A DNA stretch of 64,000 nucleotides from NCBI GenBank assembly GCA_963668625.2, contig CAXXKA010000001.1, positions 160,001 to 224,000 on the forward strand, given 5' to 3'. This document shows positions 50,259 to 59,052 of the stretch, piece by piece. The DNA is from an uncultured candidate division Zixibacteria bacterium. GTDB lineage: Bacteria > Zixibacteria > MSB-5A5 > UBA10806 > 4484-95. The notes under the pieces are model-generated. The model did not search any database. It was given only the letters and a program-made list of their open reading frames with translations, and was not told the DNA's origin. Both the position numbers and the translations under genes were made by a program. Within the stretch, counting starts at the first letter, position 1. Every line of letters starts with the position of its first letter.

Positions 50259-50650
50259 TCCGATTAAACTCTTCCATCATTATGAGACATAAGAATTTAG
50301 GGGGAAGTGGTAAATATTTGAACGCACCCATTTAGCCCTAATATCTTTTTGAACTTTCGTGTATTAAAAACACCCTTGATTATCTAATTGTAGATATAGT
50401 AACAAGATACGCTTTATAAAGGCTATGTTTGTAATATTTTATGAATTCCATCATGTATGGGATTTAGGCCATAAAATTATTCAGTCTTTTACCCTATCTT
50501 ATTTTAGACTTACATTTGTATATGTTAGACATTGCATTTCCTGACAATTTCTTCTAAATGAAAAATAAAGCCTTCCGAATTTAAATAACAAAGATAGTCT
50601 TTGTATGGTTTTTCAGCAAATTGTTAATCATCAAGAATTTTCATCTTTAT

Positions 50651-50696
50651 AGCCCGGTATAGCTCAAGAGGGGCAGCTATATTCGGGCTTTTTTTA
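50651..50696 (+). terminator. Terminator-like hairpin upstream of dinB
   Basis: AGCCCGGTATAGCT/AGCTATATTCGGGCT plus T-run. Confidence 0.7.
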
Positions 50697-50731
50697 TTGT
50701 TAAATTATTACGTTTTTATCCGATAAATATC

Positions 50732-50759
50732 TTGACACTGTAAATATGTGCAGTATATT
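50732..50759 (+). promoter_or_regulatory. Sigma-70 promoter with overlapping SOS-like operator
   Basis: TTGACA-[CTGTAAATATGTGCAG]-TATATT; the spacer is CTG-N10-CAG. Confidence 0.7.
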
Positions 50760-50770
50760 AATGTTCAGTT

Positions 50771-52006
50771 ATGAGGCCAGTGATTGCGTTAATAGATATG
50801 GATGCCTTTTTAGCCTCGGTTGAGCAGGCGCTAAACCCCGATCTTCTGGGCAAGCCGGTAATAGTAGGCGGAATGCCGGGTACGCGGGGCATAGTGATAT
50901 GCGCCTCTTACGAGGCCAGGCAATTGGGTGTAAAATTCGGACTATCCCTGGCCGAGGCACATCGTAGATTGCCGCAGGCTACCTTTTTAAAAGGCGATAT
51001 CAAGATTTACCGTGATTTCTGGGCGGAGGTTTGCGACATATTCTACGACTATTCGCCGATAATCGAACCTGTTTCTATGGATGAGGCATATGTCGATCTG
51101 ACTGGTTCGTTGACCTTATTCGGTTCGCCCGCAGAATTAGCCGCAAAGATCAAACAGGCTATCTGGGATCGTTTACATATAAGGTGTTCTATAGGCGCGG
51201 GTCGGTCCAAGATGTTTGCCAAGATTGCTTGCGGGATCGCTAAACGCGCCGCCCGAGCCGGCAGGGAGGGAATCATCCTGATAGATGAGGCTGAGGAGTT
51301 ATCGGTACTCGATAAATTAACCGCCGATAAACTTCCTAATATTGGCTACAAAACCCGCGATTTATTGGCTGAATTAGGCGTTTATACGATCAAGCAATTT
51401 CGCGAGATACCATTGCCGGTGTTGATAGAGCTTTTCGGTAAACGGGGTAGGGAGTGGTTCGATAACGCCCGGGGAATCGACAAACGCGAGGTTAAGGCCT
51501 CGTTGACGCCGAAAACCATATCTCGCGAGACAACGTTCAATGCCGATTCGGTAGACCGCGAATTTCTCGAGGGCACGCTTTATTATTTGCTGGAAAGGAT
51601 TTGTTTGGAGTTGCGGCGAATGAAAATCCAGACTCGCCGAATTTCCGTAAAAATCCGCTATGTCGATTATGAGCAAAACGAACTGGCGGCCACGTTAAAG
51701 TCGTATGCCGATAGTGAGCGCGAGATATTCCAAACCGCTAAAAAACTTTTCGATGATATCTATACCCGCAAAGTCGGCATCCGTCATGTGGGAATAACCG
51801 CCACCCGGTTGGTTCCGGCTGTCAAACAATTCGGTTTTTTCGACCAGGAGAAAGATAAATACGCCGGCCTCAATGCCGGGTTGGATAAACTTCGCCGAAA
51901 CTATGGTTACCACGCCGTTTATTTCGGCAGAACCATGCCCTTAAGCGATAAATTCAGAGAGGTTACAGATGGCTACGAGTTACGTACCCCTTCGCTGTCA
52001 CTCTAA
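50771..52006 (+). CDS. dinB: DNA polymerase IV (Y family)
   Basis: IDMDAFLASVE, ASYEAR, SMDEAYVD, SIG....K..AKIA, clamp-like QFGFF. Confidence 0.92.
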   Translation: MRPVIALIDMDAFLASVEQALNPDLLGKPVIVGGMPGTRGIVICASYEARQLGVKFGLSLAEAHRRLPQATFLKGDIKIYRDFWAEVCDIFYDYSPIIEPVSMDEAYVDLTGSLTLFGSPAELAAKIKQAIWDRLHIRCSIGAGRSKMFAKIACGIAKRAARAGREGIILIDEAEELSVLDKLTADKLPNIGYKTRDLLAELGVYTIKQFREIPLPVLIELFGKRGREWFDNARGIDKREVKASLTPKTISRETTFNADSVDREFLEGTLYYLLERICLELRRMKIQTRRISVKIRYVDYEQNELAATLKSYADSEREIFQTAKKLFDDIYTRKVGIRHVGITATRLVPAVKQFGFFDQEKDKYAGLNAGLDKLRRNYGYHAVYFGRTMPLSDKFREVTDGYELRTPSLSL

Positions 52007-54974
52007 TTTCTCATTCCTGTACGGGGCAATCGATTTAGACCGGTTGTTGGATACGGCTGTTCAATATAACTGTAGAACGCTGGGGCTGACAGACAATGAC
52101 GGTTTATACGGCCTGGTGGAGTTTTTCAATCGCGCCAAAAAACGCGGGTTAAAACCGATTCTTGGTTGCGAGATACGAACCGAGGTCGGGCTATGCGTGT
52201 TCTTGGCCAAATCGATGGCCGGCTATGGCAATCTATCGCGGCTGTCGACTATCAGGACTCTCGAGGAGCGGATGCCGGGCTTGGATGATATCGAAAAACA
52301 CGCCGAGGGTTTGGTATTGCTCTATCTCGATACGCGTTGTCTTAATCAACTGAAAGAGATTTTTAAAGATGATTTATATCTGGGTTTGGAATCATTTACG
52401 GATTTGGAGACTCGCCTGGCCACTCGCGAACGCGCCCGCCGCGCTGCCGAACTTGATATCAAAACAGTGGCTGCTGACCCGGTATATTTTATCGAGAATA
52501 ATGATATTAAAACGCATCGCGCTCTCTCGGCTATTAAAAATCTGGTAACTATAAGTGAACTGACACCGCGAATGGTCGAGAACAATCAGGCGTTACTTTA
52601 CCCGGCTCACATGATGAAAAAACGCTATGATGAGTATCCCGGGGCTTTAAGTAACACTTTAGAGATTGCCGAAAAATGTGAACTGGAACTTCCCGTTGGC
52701 AAACTTAATTTCCCGGAGTTTTTGGGTTGCGCCCGAACCTCCAATTTCAAATTCCTTAGAGGAAAAGCCGAAAGCGGTCTTCACGAACGATACCCGAAAT
52801 TGAACGGCGAGATTTATTCACGGTTCGAGACTGAACTGGCGGTTATCGGGCAAACCGGTTTCGTTGATTATTTCCTGATTGTCGCCGAGATCGTCGAGTT
52901 CTGTAAAAAACAGGGCATACCGGTGGTGGGACGGGGCTCGGCGGCGTCCTCGGTTATATCATACGCGCTGGGGATCACCGAGGTTGATCCGGTCGAGCAG
53001 GATCTGTATTTCGCCCGTTTCCTGAACGAGGCGCGTTCCGATCCGCCCGATATCGATCTCGACCTGTGCTGGCGCAGGCGGGATGAGGTACTGGAGTTTG
53101 TCTACGAGCGCTATGGCCGGGATCGGGTGGCGATGATCTGTACTTTGAACACCTTCGCCGCTCGCGGGGCGTTTCGCGAACTGGGGAAAATTCACGGTAT
53201 GTCCGGGGATGAGATATCCGATTTCACCAAACGTCTGCCCTGGGGGCATCTCCGCGATTTGCATGAAACCCGCGAACGTTATCCCGAATGCCGTAGCCTG
53301 CCTTTGGATACCGAACCCTACAGGACGATTATCGATATGTCTTACGCTATCGAGGGCTATCCCCGTCACCTTTCCATACATTGCGGCGGTATCGTTGTCT
53401 CGCCCGGTGAACTGCTAGACCTGGTACCGCTGCAGATTTCGGCCAAGGGAATCGCCATAACCCAGTACGATATGCGCTCGATAGCCGAATTGGGGTTGGT
53501 GAAGATCGACCTGCTGGGGCAGCGCGGGCTTTCCACTATAGTGGATGGCGAAAAGTTAGCCGCGCGCAAAACCGGGCAAGCGGTAAAATACGATTTCGAT
53601 GATAAACGAACGTTCGAGCTTTTACGGCAAGGCCGTACTATCGGTGTATTCCAGATCGAATCACCCGGCCTGCGTTCGCTTCTCATAGAGATGCAGCCCA
53701 AAACCATAAACGATATCACTCTGGCGTTGGCGCTTATCCGTCCGGGGGCATCGGAATCCGGCATGAAAAAAATATTTCTGGAACGGCTTTCCGGGAAGCG
53801 GTCGGTGGAGTACCCGCATCCCAATCTCGAGCCGGTGCTGGCCGAGACTATGGGCAACATAATCTATCAGGAGCAGGTACTGCGTTGCGCCGAGGCGTTG
53901 GCCGGTTTCTCGCCCGAGCAGGCCGATTTGCTGCGCCGGTCTATCAGCAAAGGGCGAGACCGAGGGCAATTCAAATCATACGCCCGGCAATTCGTAGCCC
54001 AGGCCGTGGGCAGGGGAGTCCCGCGCGAAAGCGCCAGACAGGTATTCGAGCTTCTGAGCCAGTTCGCCGGTTATGGTTTCTGTAAGGCGCACGCGGCTAC
54101 TTACGCCATATTCAGCTATCGGGGAAGTTTCCTCAAGGCACATTTCCCGGTGGAGTACATGACCGCTATGCTCAACAATTTCGCCGGGTATTATCGGTCG
54201 TATGTTTATGCCGATGAGGCTCGCCGTTATGGAGCGAAACTGCTGCCGCCCTCTGTCGATACACCCTCGAAACTATGCACCACCGATGGTAAAAAGCTAT
54301 CTGTCGGCCTGGCCTTCGTTAAGAATTTATCTGAGGCGACTATGGATAAGATGATACAGAAGCGTGTCGAGGCTCCGTTCGATTCATTGCCGGATTTCCT
54401 GATGCGCGTGCGCCCCTCGATAAACGAGGCCGTCAGCCTTATCAGGGTGGGAGCGTTCGATTACCTGGGGCAAACTCGGCCGGCGCTGCTATGGTATTTG
54501 AAACTTCACGGTGGCAAATTGCTGAAAACCGAATCCGCCACGCCTCTTCTGGGGAGCATGTATCCGCCCGGGCCGGCTTTCGCCCCGAATCTTCCTGATT
54601 ACGATATGAACGAACGCCTGGCCGCCGAACAGGAGATACTCGAGATGGCTGTCTGTTGCCATCCAACAGAGCTGATTCATTCGGCTAACGGCCATGTGAA
54701 ATCGTGTGAACTGCAATATCATCAGGGTAAGAAAGTGAAAATCATCGGGCAGGTAGTGGATCGTAAACGGATAAAGGTGGCCGGCAACAAGCTGATGGTG
54801 TTCCTGACGATGGAGGATGCTTTCGATTACTTCGAGGCGACATTATTCCCTGAGACATACCGAAAATATGGCGAAAGCATTTACCGTAAGCCGCTTCTGG
54901 ATATTCACGGCCGGGTCGAGATGCAGCATGGAGTCGTCTCGATAGTCGTGGAGGATTTACAGCCATGTATCTGA
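51969..54974 (+). CDS. dnaE2: Error-prone DNA polymerase III alpha (DnaE2/ImuC-type)
   Basis: PHP HSNFSFLYG, GRGSAASS, PDIDLD, HLSIHCGG, KIDLLG, GFCKAHA; coupled to dinB. Confidence 0.85.
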   Translation: MATSYVPLRCHSNFSFLYGAIDLDRLLDTAVQYNCRTLGLTDNDGLYGLVEFFNRAKKRGLKPILGCEIRTEVGLCVFLAKSMAGYGNLSRLSTIRTLEERMPGLDDIEKHAEGLVLLYLDTRCLNQLKEIFKDDLYLGLESFTDLETRLATRERARRAAELDIKTVAADPVYFIENNDIKTHRALSAIKNLVTISELTPRMVENNQALLYPAHMMKKRYDEYPGALSNTLEIAEKCELELPVGKLNFPEFLGCARTSNFKFLRGKAESGLHERYPKLNGEIYSRFETELAVIGQTGFVDYFLIVAEIVEFCKKQGIPVVGRGSAASSVISYALGITEVDPVEQDLYFARFLNEARSDPPDIDLDLCWRRRDEVLEFVYERYGRDRVAMICTLNTFAARGAFRELGKIHGMSGDEISDFTKRLPWGHLRDLHETRERYPECRSLPLDTEPYRTIIDMSYAIEGYPRHLSIHCGGIVVSPGELLDLVPLQISAKGIAITQYDMRSIAELGLVKIDLLGQRGLSTIVDGEKLAARKTGQAVKYDFDDKRTFELLRQGRTIGVFQIESPGLRSLLIEMQPKTINDITLALALIRPGASESGMKKIFLERLSGKRSVEYPHPNLEPVLAETMGNIIYQEQVLRCAEALAGFSPEQADLLRRSISKGRDRGQFKSYARQFVAQAVGRGVPRESARQVFELLSQFAGYGFCKAHAATYAIFSYRGSFLKAHFPVEYMTAMLNNFAGYYRSYVYADEARRYGAKLLPPSVDTPSKLCTTDGKKLSVGLAFVKNLSEATMDKMIQKRVEAPFDSLPDFLMRVRPSINEAVSLIRVGAFDYLGQTRPALLWYLKLHGGKLLKTESATPLLGSMYPPGPAFAPNLPDYDMNERLAAEQEILEMAVCCHPTELIHSANGHVKSCELQYHQGKKVKIIGQVVDRKRIKVAGNKLMVFLTMEDAFDYFEATLFPETYRKYGESIYRKPLLDIHGRVEMQHGVVSIVVEDLQPCI

Positions 54975-55047
54975 TAAACCGTAAGTATCATGGAAAACTT
55001 GCGAAACTCTATAACTTTAAACTAATACCATAAGCAAAGGAGAAACG

Positions 55048-55281
55048 ATGAACAAATTCTGTCTTTCCTGCGGAGCGCCGCTCGATATGCCTGATTTCAA
55101 AGGGCCGGCGGATGATTACTGCAAGTACTGCACTGATGAGTCGGGCAAATTGAAAGCCCGGGATGAGGTAAAACAGGGAGTCGCCGAGTGGTTCAAAGGC
55201 TGGCAGCCGGGTATCGATGATGCCAAAGCGGCCGCCCGAGCCGACCTGTATTTACGTTCGATGCCCGCCTGGGCCGAATAG
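55048..55281 (+). CDS. Small zinc-ribbon protein
   Basis: FCLSCGAPL...YCKYCTDE.G, C-terminal MPAW; AAAGGAG RBS. Confidence 0.8.
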   Translation: MNKFCLSCGAPLDMPDFKGPADDYCKYCTDESGKLKARDEVKQGVAEWFKGWQPGIDDAKAAARADLYLRSMPAWAE

Positions 55282-55334
55282 TACGACAATAAAATAAAAA
55301 CTCCCCGTATACTTACAACTCGATCACACGGGGG

Positions 55335-55366
55335 AAGGCCCGCTTTTATGGCGGGCTTTCTATTTT
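55335..55366 (+). terminator. Rho-independent terminator
   Basis: AAGGCCCGC/GCGGGCTTT. Confidence 0.65.
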
Positions 55367-55408
55367 AATTCGGTAAACTACCACCGGTTTCTAACCTCTC
55401 AAGATTAC

Positions 55409-55490
55409 GTGGCTGGCAGACATCCTCGTCTGCCGCATTCACCAATTCAAATCTACTGCTAAGGGGCACACGCGGACGTGTGCCGCCCAC
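55409..55490. repeat. Inverted REP-like doublet (GTGG foot)
   Basis: GTGGCTGGCAGACATCCTCGTCTGCC and reverse-complement GTGGGCGGCACACGTCCGCGTGTGCC. Confidence 0.65.
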
Positions 55491-55679
55491 AAAAAGTCTA
55501 TAAGATTAGTTGCAGCTAAGTCTAAAACACTTAATCAACGCGAATCCGAAGGCTCATATACGAATACTTCGCTTTAAGCGCGCACACCGGGTAAAAAGGT
55601 GGTTTTTAGGATCAATAAAAAACGGATGGCGTTTGTTCAACGCAATCCGCTTTGAATAGAATAAATATTCGACAACCTG

Positions 55680-56486
55680 TTATCTCAATATTGTCATCTT
55701 ACGAGTGAGATTTCCCTCCGCCGAGCGTAGCTGGTAAAAATACATTCCCGAAGGCAATTCACTGCCATCGCTGTTTAAACCGTTCCAATGAAATGTATAA
55801 TGCCCCGGTTGGGCATTGGCTATCGAGATAAGTTTTACTCTTTGCCCGAGTATATTGGATACCTCGAAGACTATCTCACCGGGTCGTGATACGAACGCGT
55901 GTATCGAGGTCGACTGGTTAAACGGATTGGGATAGTTTTGTTCGAGCGAAAAAACGTTTGGAAGCTCAGGCATATAGTCGACGCTGTTGAACTCCTCGCC
56001 GGCGTGCAATAATATCTGCTGGTCGGCGCCGACCGAGCGCGTACCCTGCAATCCGGCCCAGAATAAAGTTACCGGCCCGGTATAAGCAGTCGGGGCGGTC
56101 CAGGTAAACGTACCCGAATCTTTATAGGTCGTATTCCAGTGAACTCCCTCCAACTCGTTGGCGGTGCTGTATGTCTCCATGTTCGTGCCGGCAACTATCT
56201 GGCCGGCTATCGAGGAATCCGCATCCGCGCGGATTGAGCAGTTGAACTGGCATATCGCCGAGCCGCCGTCATGATTGACCCTGATAATATATTGCTGACC
56301 GGGAACGTAATTATCCGGGAAACCTTGCACGCTGCAATTTGCCTCGAATGAATTTTGAGCATGGCACGACTGTGCACAAGTACCGTTGGAGGCCGGGGCG
56401 CCGGAAAAACCGGTGAAACTCGGATTCGCTGCCAGGGCGCTACAAATACTTAAAACGAAAAGGATAATCATTAACTTTACTTTCAT
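55680..56486 (-). CDS. Reeler/choice-of-anchor-V-like secreted protein with T9SS-like CTD
   Basis: Signal peptide, SGAP...TCAQSCH, P.NYVPGQ.Y, FTWTAP, QNYPNPFN...SGMYF...KMTILR. Confidence 0.8.
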   Translation of the reverse strand: MKVKLMIILFVLSICSALAANPSFTGFSGAPASNGTCAQSCHAQNSFEANCSVQGFPDNYVPGQQYIIRVNHDGGSAICQFNCSIRADADSSIAGQIVAGTNMETYSTANELEGVHWNTTYKDSGTFTWTAPTAYTGPVTLFWAGLQGTRSVGADQQILLHAGEEFNSVDYMPELPNVFSLEQNYPNPFNQSTSIHAFVSRPGEIVFEVSNILGQRVKLISIANAQPGHYTFHWNGLNSDGSELPSGMYFYQLRSAEGNLTRKMTILR

Positions 56487-56677
56487 AAACTCTCCAGTAG
56501 CGGTTTGTTATTATATGTTCTTTTGATGAATTATCGTCCCAAATCGTTATTTTATAAGAAGAAAAATGTTGCCGAATGCCGATATCTTTACTATAAATTA
56601 AAATAAGCAATAGCTTGAGACTGCAAAAGACATTTGTAATGTCATAAGCATGCTGGATGTAATCTTGTGAGGTAATT

Positions 56678-56998
56678 ATGCCTGCTAAAAAAGCAGCGAA
56701 GAAAACAGCTAAAAAAACCGCCAAGAAAGCGGTGAAGAAAACTACTGAGAAAACAGTGAATACGACCGCGAAGAAAACCGCCAAAGCCGGTAAGACGGTA
56801 GAGTGCGAACATTGCCGAGGTGTAGGAAAATGCACCTATGGTGATCTGTACGATCAAGGTCGTCATCAGGGAGTATTTGCTCAAAACCGCCTGACAAGCT
56901 GCAAAGCTTGCCTGGATGTCGCCGGCAAAACTCCCAATTCGAAGAAGCTGGTAACCTGCAGTTTATGCGGGGGCAGCGGCGAGGTTGATGCTAAGTAG
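56678..56998 (+). CDS. Histone-H1-like Lys/Ala/Thr repeat fused to a Cys-rich DnaJ-type zinc finger
   Basis: PAKKAAKKTAKKTAKKAVKK...; CEHCRGVG, CKAC, CSLCGGSG; GAGGT RBS. Confidence 0.75.
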   Translation: MPAKKAAKKTAKKTAKKAVKKTTEKTVNTTAKKTAKAGKTVECEHCRGVGKCTYGDLYDQGRHQGVFAQNRLTSCKACLDVAGKTPNSKKLVTCSLCGGSGEVDAK

Positions 56999-57131
56999 CT
57001 GCGCTCGGTTAGAATATTAGAATAACCTCGAACCAGTTATTGCTTGATATTCTTTACATTAACCTTTTATTGTATTATTGCCGATTGATATTCAAGTAAT
57101 GTTACATGGCGAGTTCGCCGGAGGTGTTTAT

Positions 57132-57776
57132 ATGCCGCTTCTATTCAAACGAACGAAAATTATTGAAAAACAAATCGATGAGTTTCTTGATGCCATCAGC
57201 CAGGGCGCTATCGTTTTCAATAGGGGCCTGAAAAATTATCTGGAAAATGACCAGGTGAAATTTCAAACAAGATTGAATACTATAAACGAGCAGGAAAAAA
57301 CCGCCGACAATCTGAGGCGCGAGGTCGAGAACGCGCTGTACTCACACTCGTTAATTCCTGAGCAGCGCGGCGATGTGCTGGGCCTTCTGGAAAACATGGA
57401 TGATGTAATTGATATGCTCAAGGAAGCCCTTACGGTATTCTCGATCGAGTCGCCCGATATTTTTCCCGAATTTCATGACGATTTCCTGGAGCTTGCCGAT
57501 TGTTCCGCCAGTGCAGTCGAATCCGTGGTGCAGGCGGTCAGGGCGTTTTTCACCGATGTCAACTCCGTAAAGAACCATCTGCATAAAGTTTACCTATACG
57601 AAAAAGAGGCGGATAAAATATCATTCACCCTGAAAAGAAAAATATTCAGCGCGAACTCCGATCTCTGTACCAAGATCCATCAAAGATACTTTGCCACCTA
57701 TGTCGATTCCATAGCCGATGTCGCCGAGGGGGCAGCCGATAGGCTTTCCATTTACACTATTAAACGAACAGTTTAA
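57132..57776 (+). CDS. DUF47 family phosphate transport regulator (PhoU-like)
   Basis: E..AD.LRRE......L.P..R.D...L...MDDV.D, IAD.AE..AD; adjacent to PiT; GGAGG + ATG 57132. Confidence 0.88.
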   Translation: MPLLFKRTKIIEKQIDEFLDAISQGAIVFNRGLKNYLENDQVKFQTRLNTINEQEKTADNLRREVENALYSHSLIPEQRGDVLGLLENMDDVIDMLKEALTVFSIESPDIFPEFHDDFLELADCSASAVESVVQAVRAFFTDVNSVKNHLHKVYLYEKEADKISFTLKRKIFSANSDLCTKIHQRYFATYVDSIADVAEGAADRLSIYTIKRTV

Positions 57777-57793
57777 GTTATACAGGCGGTATT

Positions 57794-58840
57794 TTGTTTA
57801 TTTTTCTACTCTCTAGTGGATTATTTTTAGGCTGGTCTTTAGGCGCTAATGATGCCGCTAATGTATTTGGCACGGCAGTCGGCAGCAAGATGCTGCGATT
57901 TAAAACCGCGGCTTATACCTGCTCGGTGTTTGTCATTCTTGGGGCGGTGATTAGCGGTGGAGGCACCTCCAGCTCAATCAATCATCTAGGTTCTATTCAT
58001 ACTTTAACCGGCTCGTTTCTGGTTGCTTTATCTGCTGCGCTTTCCGTATTCTTGATGTCGAAATTCAAGCTGCCCGTATCAACTTCTCAGGCTCTGATTG
58101 GCGCAATTATCGGTTGGAATATATTTGCCGGAATGCCGGTCAGGGCCGAACAGCTCAGCCCGTTCGTTTCCGCCTGGGTGTTTTCTCCAATACTGGCAGC
58201 AATTTGCGCGATAGTGATTTACCTGATTTTGAAAAAATCTCATGTGGGACGGGGGATACATCTGCTGCGCCTGGATGTTTACACCCGATTGGGATTCGTC
58301 TTAGTCTGTATCATGGGAGCCTACACTCTCGGCGCGAATAATATAGCTAACGTTATGGGCGTTTTTATAAGTGTTAATCCCTTTCACAGCCTTTCTATAG
58401 GGGAGGTTACGTTGTTATCCGACATACAATTACTGTGTTTGGTAGGTGGTTTGGCCATTGCCGCCGGTATTATCACATACTCGAATAAAGTCATCGAGAC
58501 CGTGGGCAAAAACATATTCAGGCTGTCGCCCGGTTCGGGACTGGTAGTGGTTCTTGCCAGCACGATCGTTTTATTTTTGTTCTCCTCGGCTAAATTGGAG
58601 ATATTCCTGGCCTCCCATGGCTTGCCCTCATTACCATTGGTGCCGCTTTCAAGTTCGCAATCAATCGTTGGCGCGATAATCGGTATCGCTATCGTTAAAG
58701 GAGCTCGAGGTATTCGGTACAGGATACTTGCCGAGATCGCGCTCGGCTGGGTGATAACCCCGATCATTGCCGGTTTGATCAGTTTGATCTCTTTATACAT
58801 AGTACAGAATGTATTCGATGTTAAACTCCTGGCTTCTTAA
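57794..58840 (+). CDS. Inorganic phosphate transporter (PiT family)
   Basis: GANDAANVFGTAVGS, PVSTSQ, GANNIAN, PLSSSQ. Confidence 0.9.
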   Translation: MFIFLLSSGLFLGWSLGANDAANVFGTAVGSKMLRFKTAAYTCSVFVILGAVISGGGTSSSINHLGSIHTLTGSFLVALSAALSVFLMSKFKLPVSTSQALIGAIIGWNIFAGMPVRAEQLSPFVSAWVFSPILAAICAIVIYLILKKSHVGRGIHLLRLDVYTRLGFVLVCIMGAYTLGANNIANVMGVFISVNPFHSLSIGEVTLLSDIQLLCLVGGLAIAAGIITYSNKVIETVGKNIFRLSPGSGLVVVLASTIVLFLFSSAKLEIFLASHGLPSLPLVPLSSSQSIVGAIIGIAIVKGARGIRYRILAEIALGWVITPIIAGLISLISLYIVQNVFDVKLLAS

Positions 58841-59016
58841 AATATTAATCGTTGAGCCAAATCCCCTATCTTTTTATCCCCGGTGTATAGTTTTTATTTG
58901 CCGGCACAAGTATTATCCCGCGTTTTGGAAACACTGCGTAACTTTCCTTGCTTATTGTATTTAAAGCGTGTTCGAGCATCTCCTGTCGAATTCGTTGCTA
59001 TAATCTTACACAGCGG

Positions 59017-59045
59017 TTGACTTAATACTAAAACCAAGATATGTT
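59017..59045 (+). promoter_or_regulatory. Sigma-70 promoter giving a leaderless tilS mRNA
   Basis: TTGACT-N17-TATGTT, 7 nt before ATG 59053. Confidence 0.55.
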
Positions 59046-59052
59046 AGTACCC

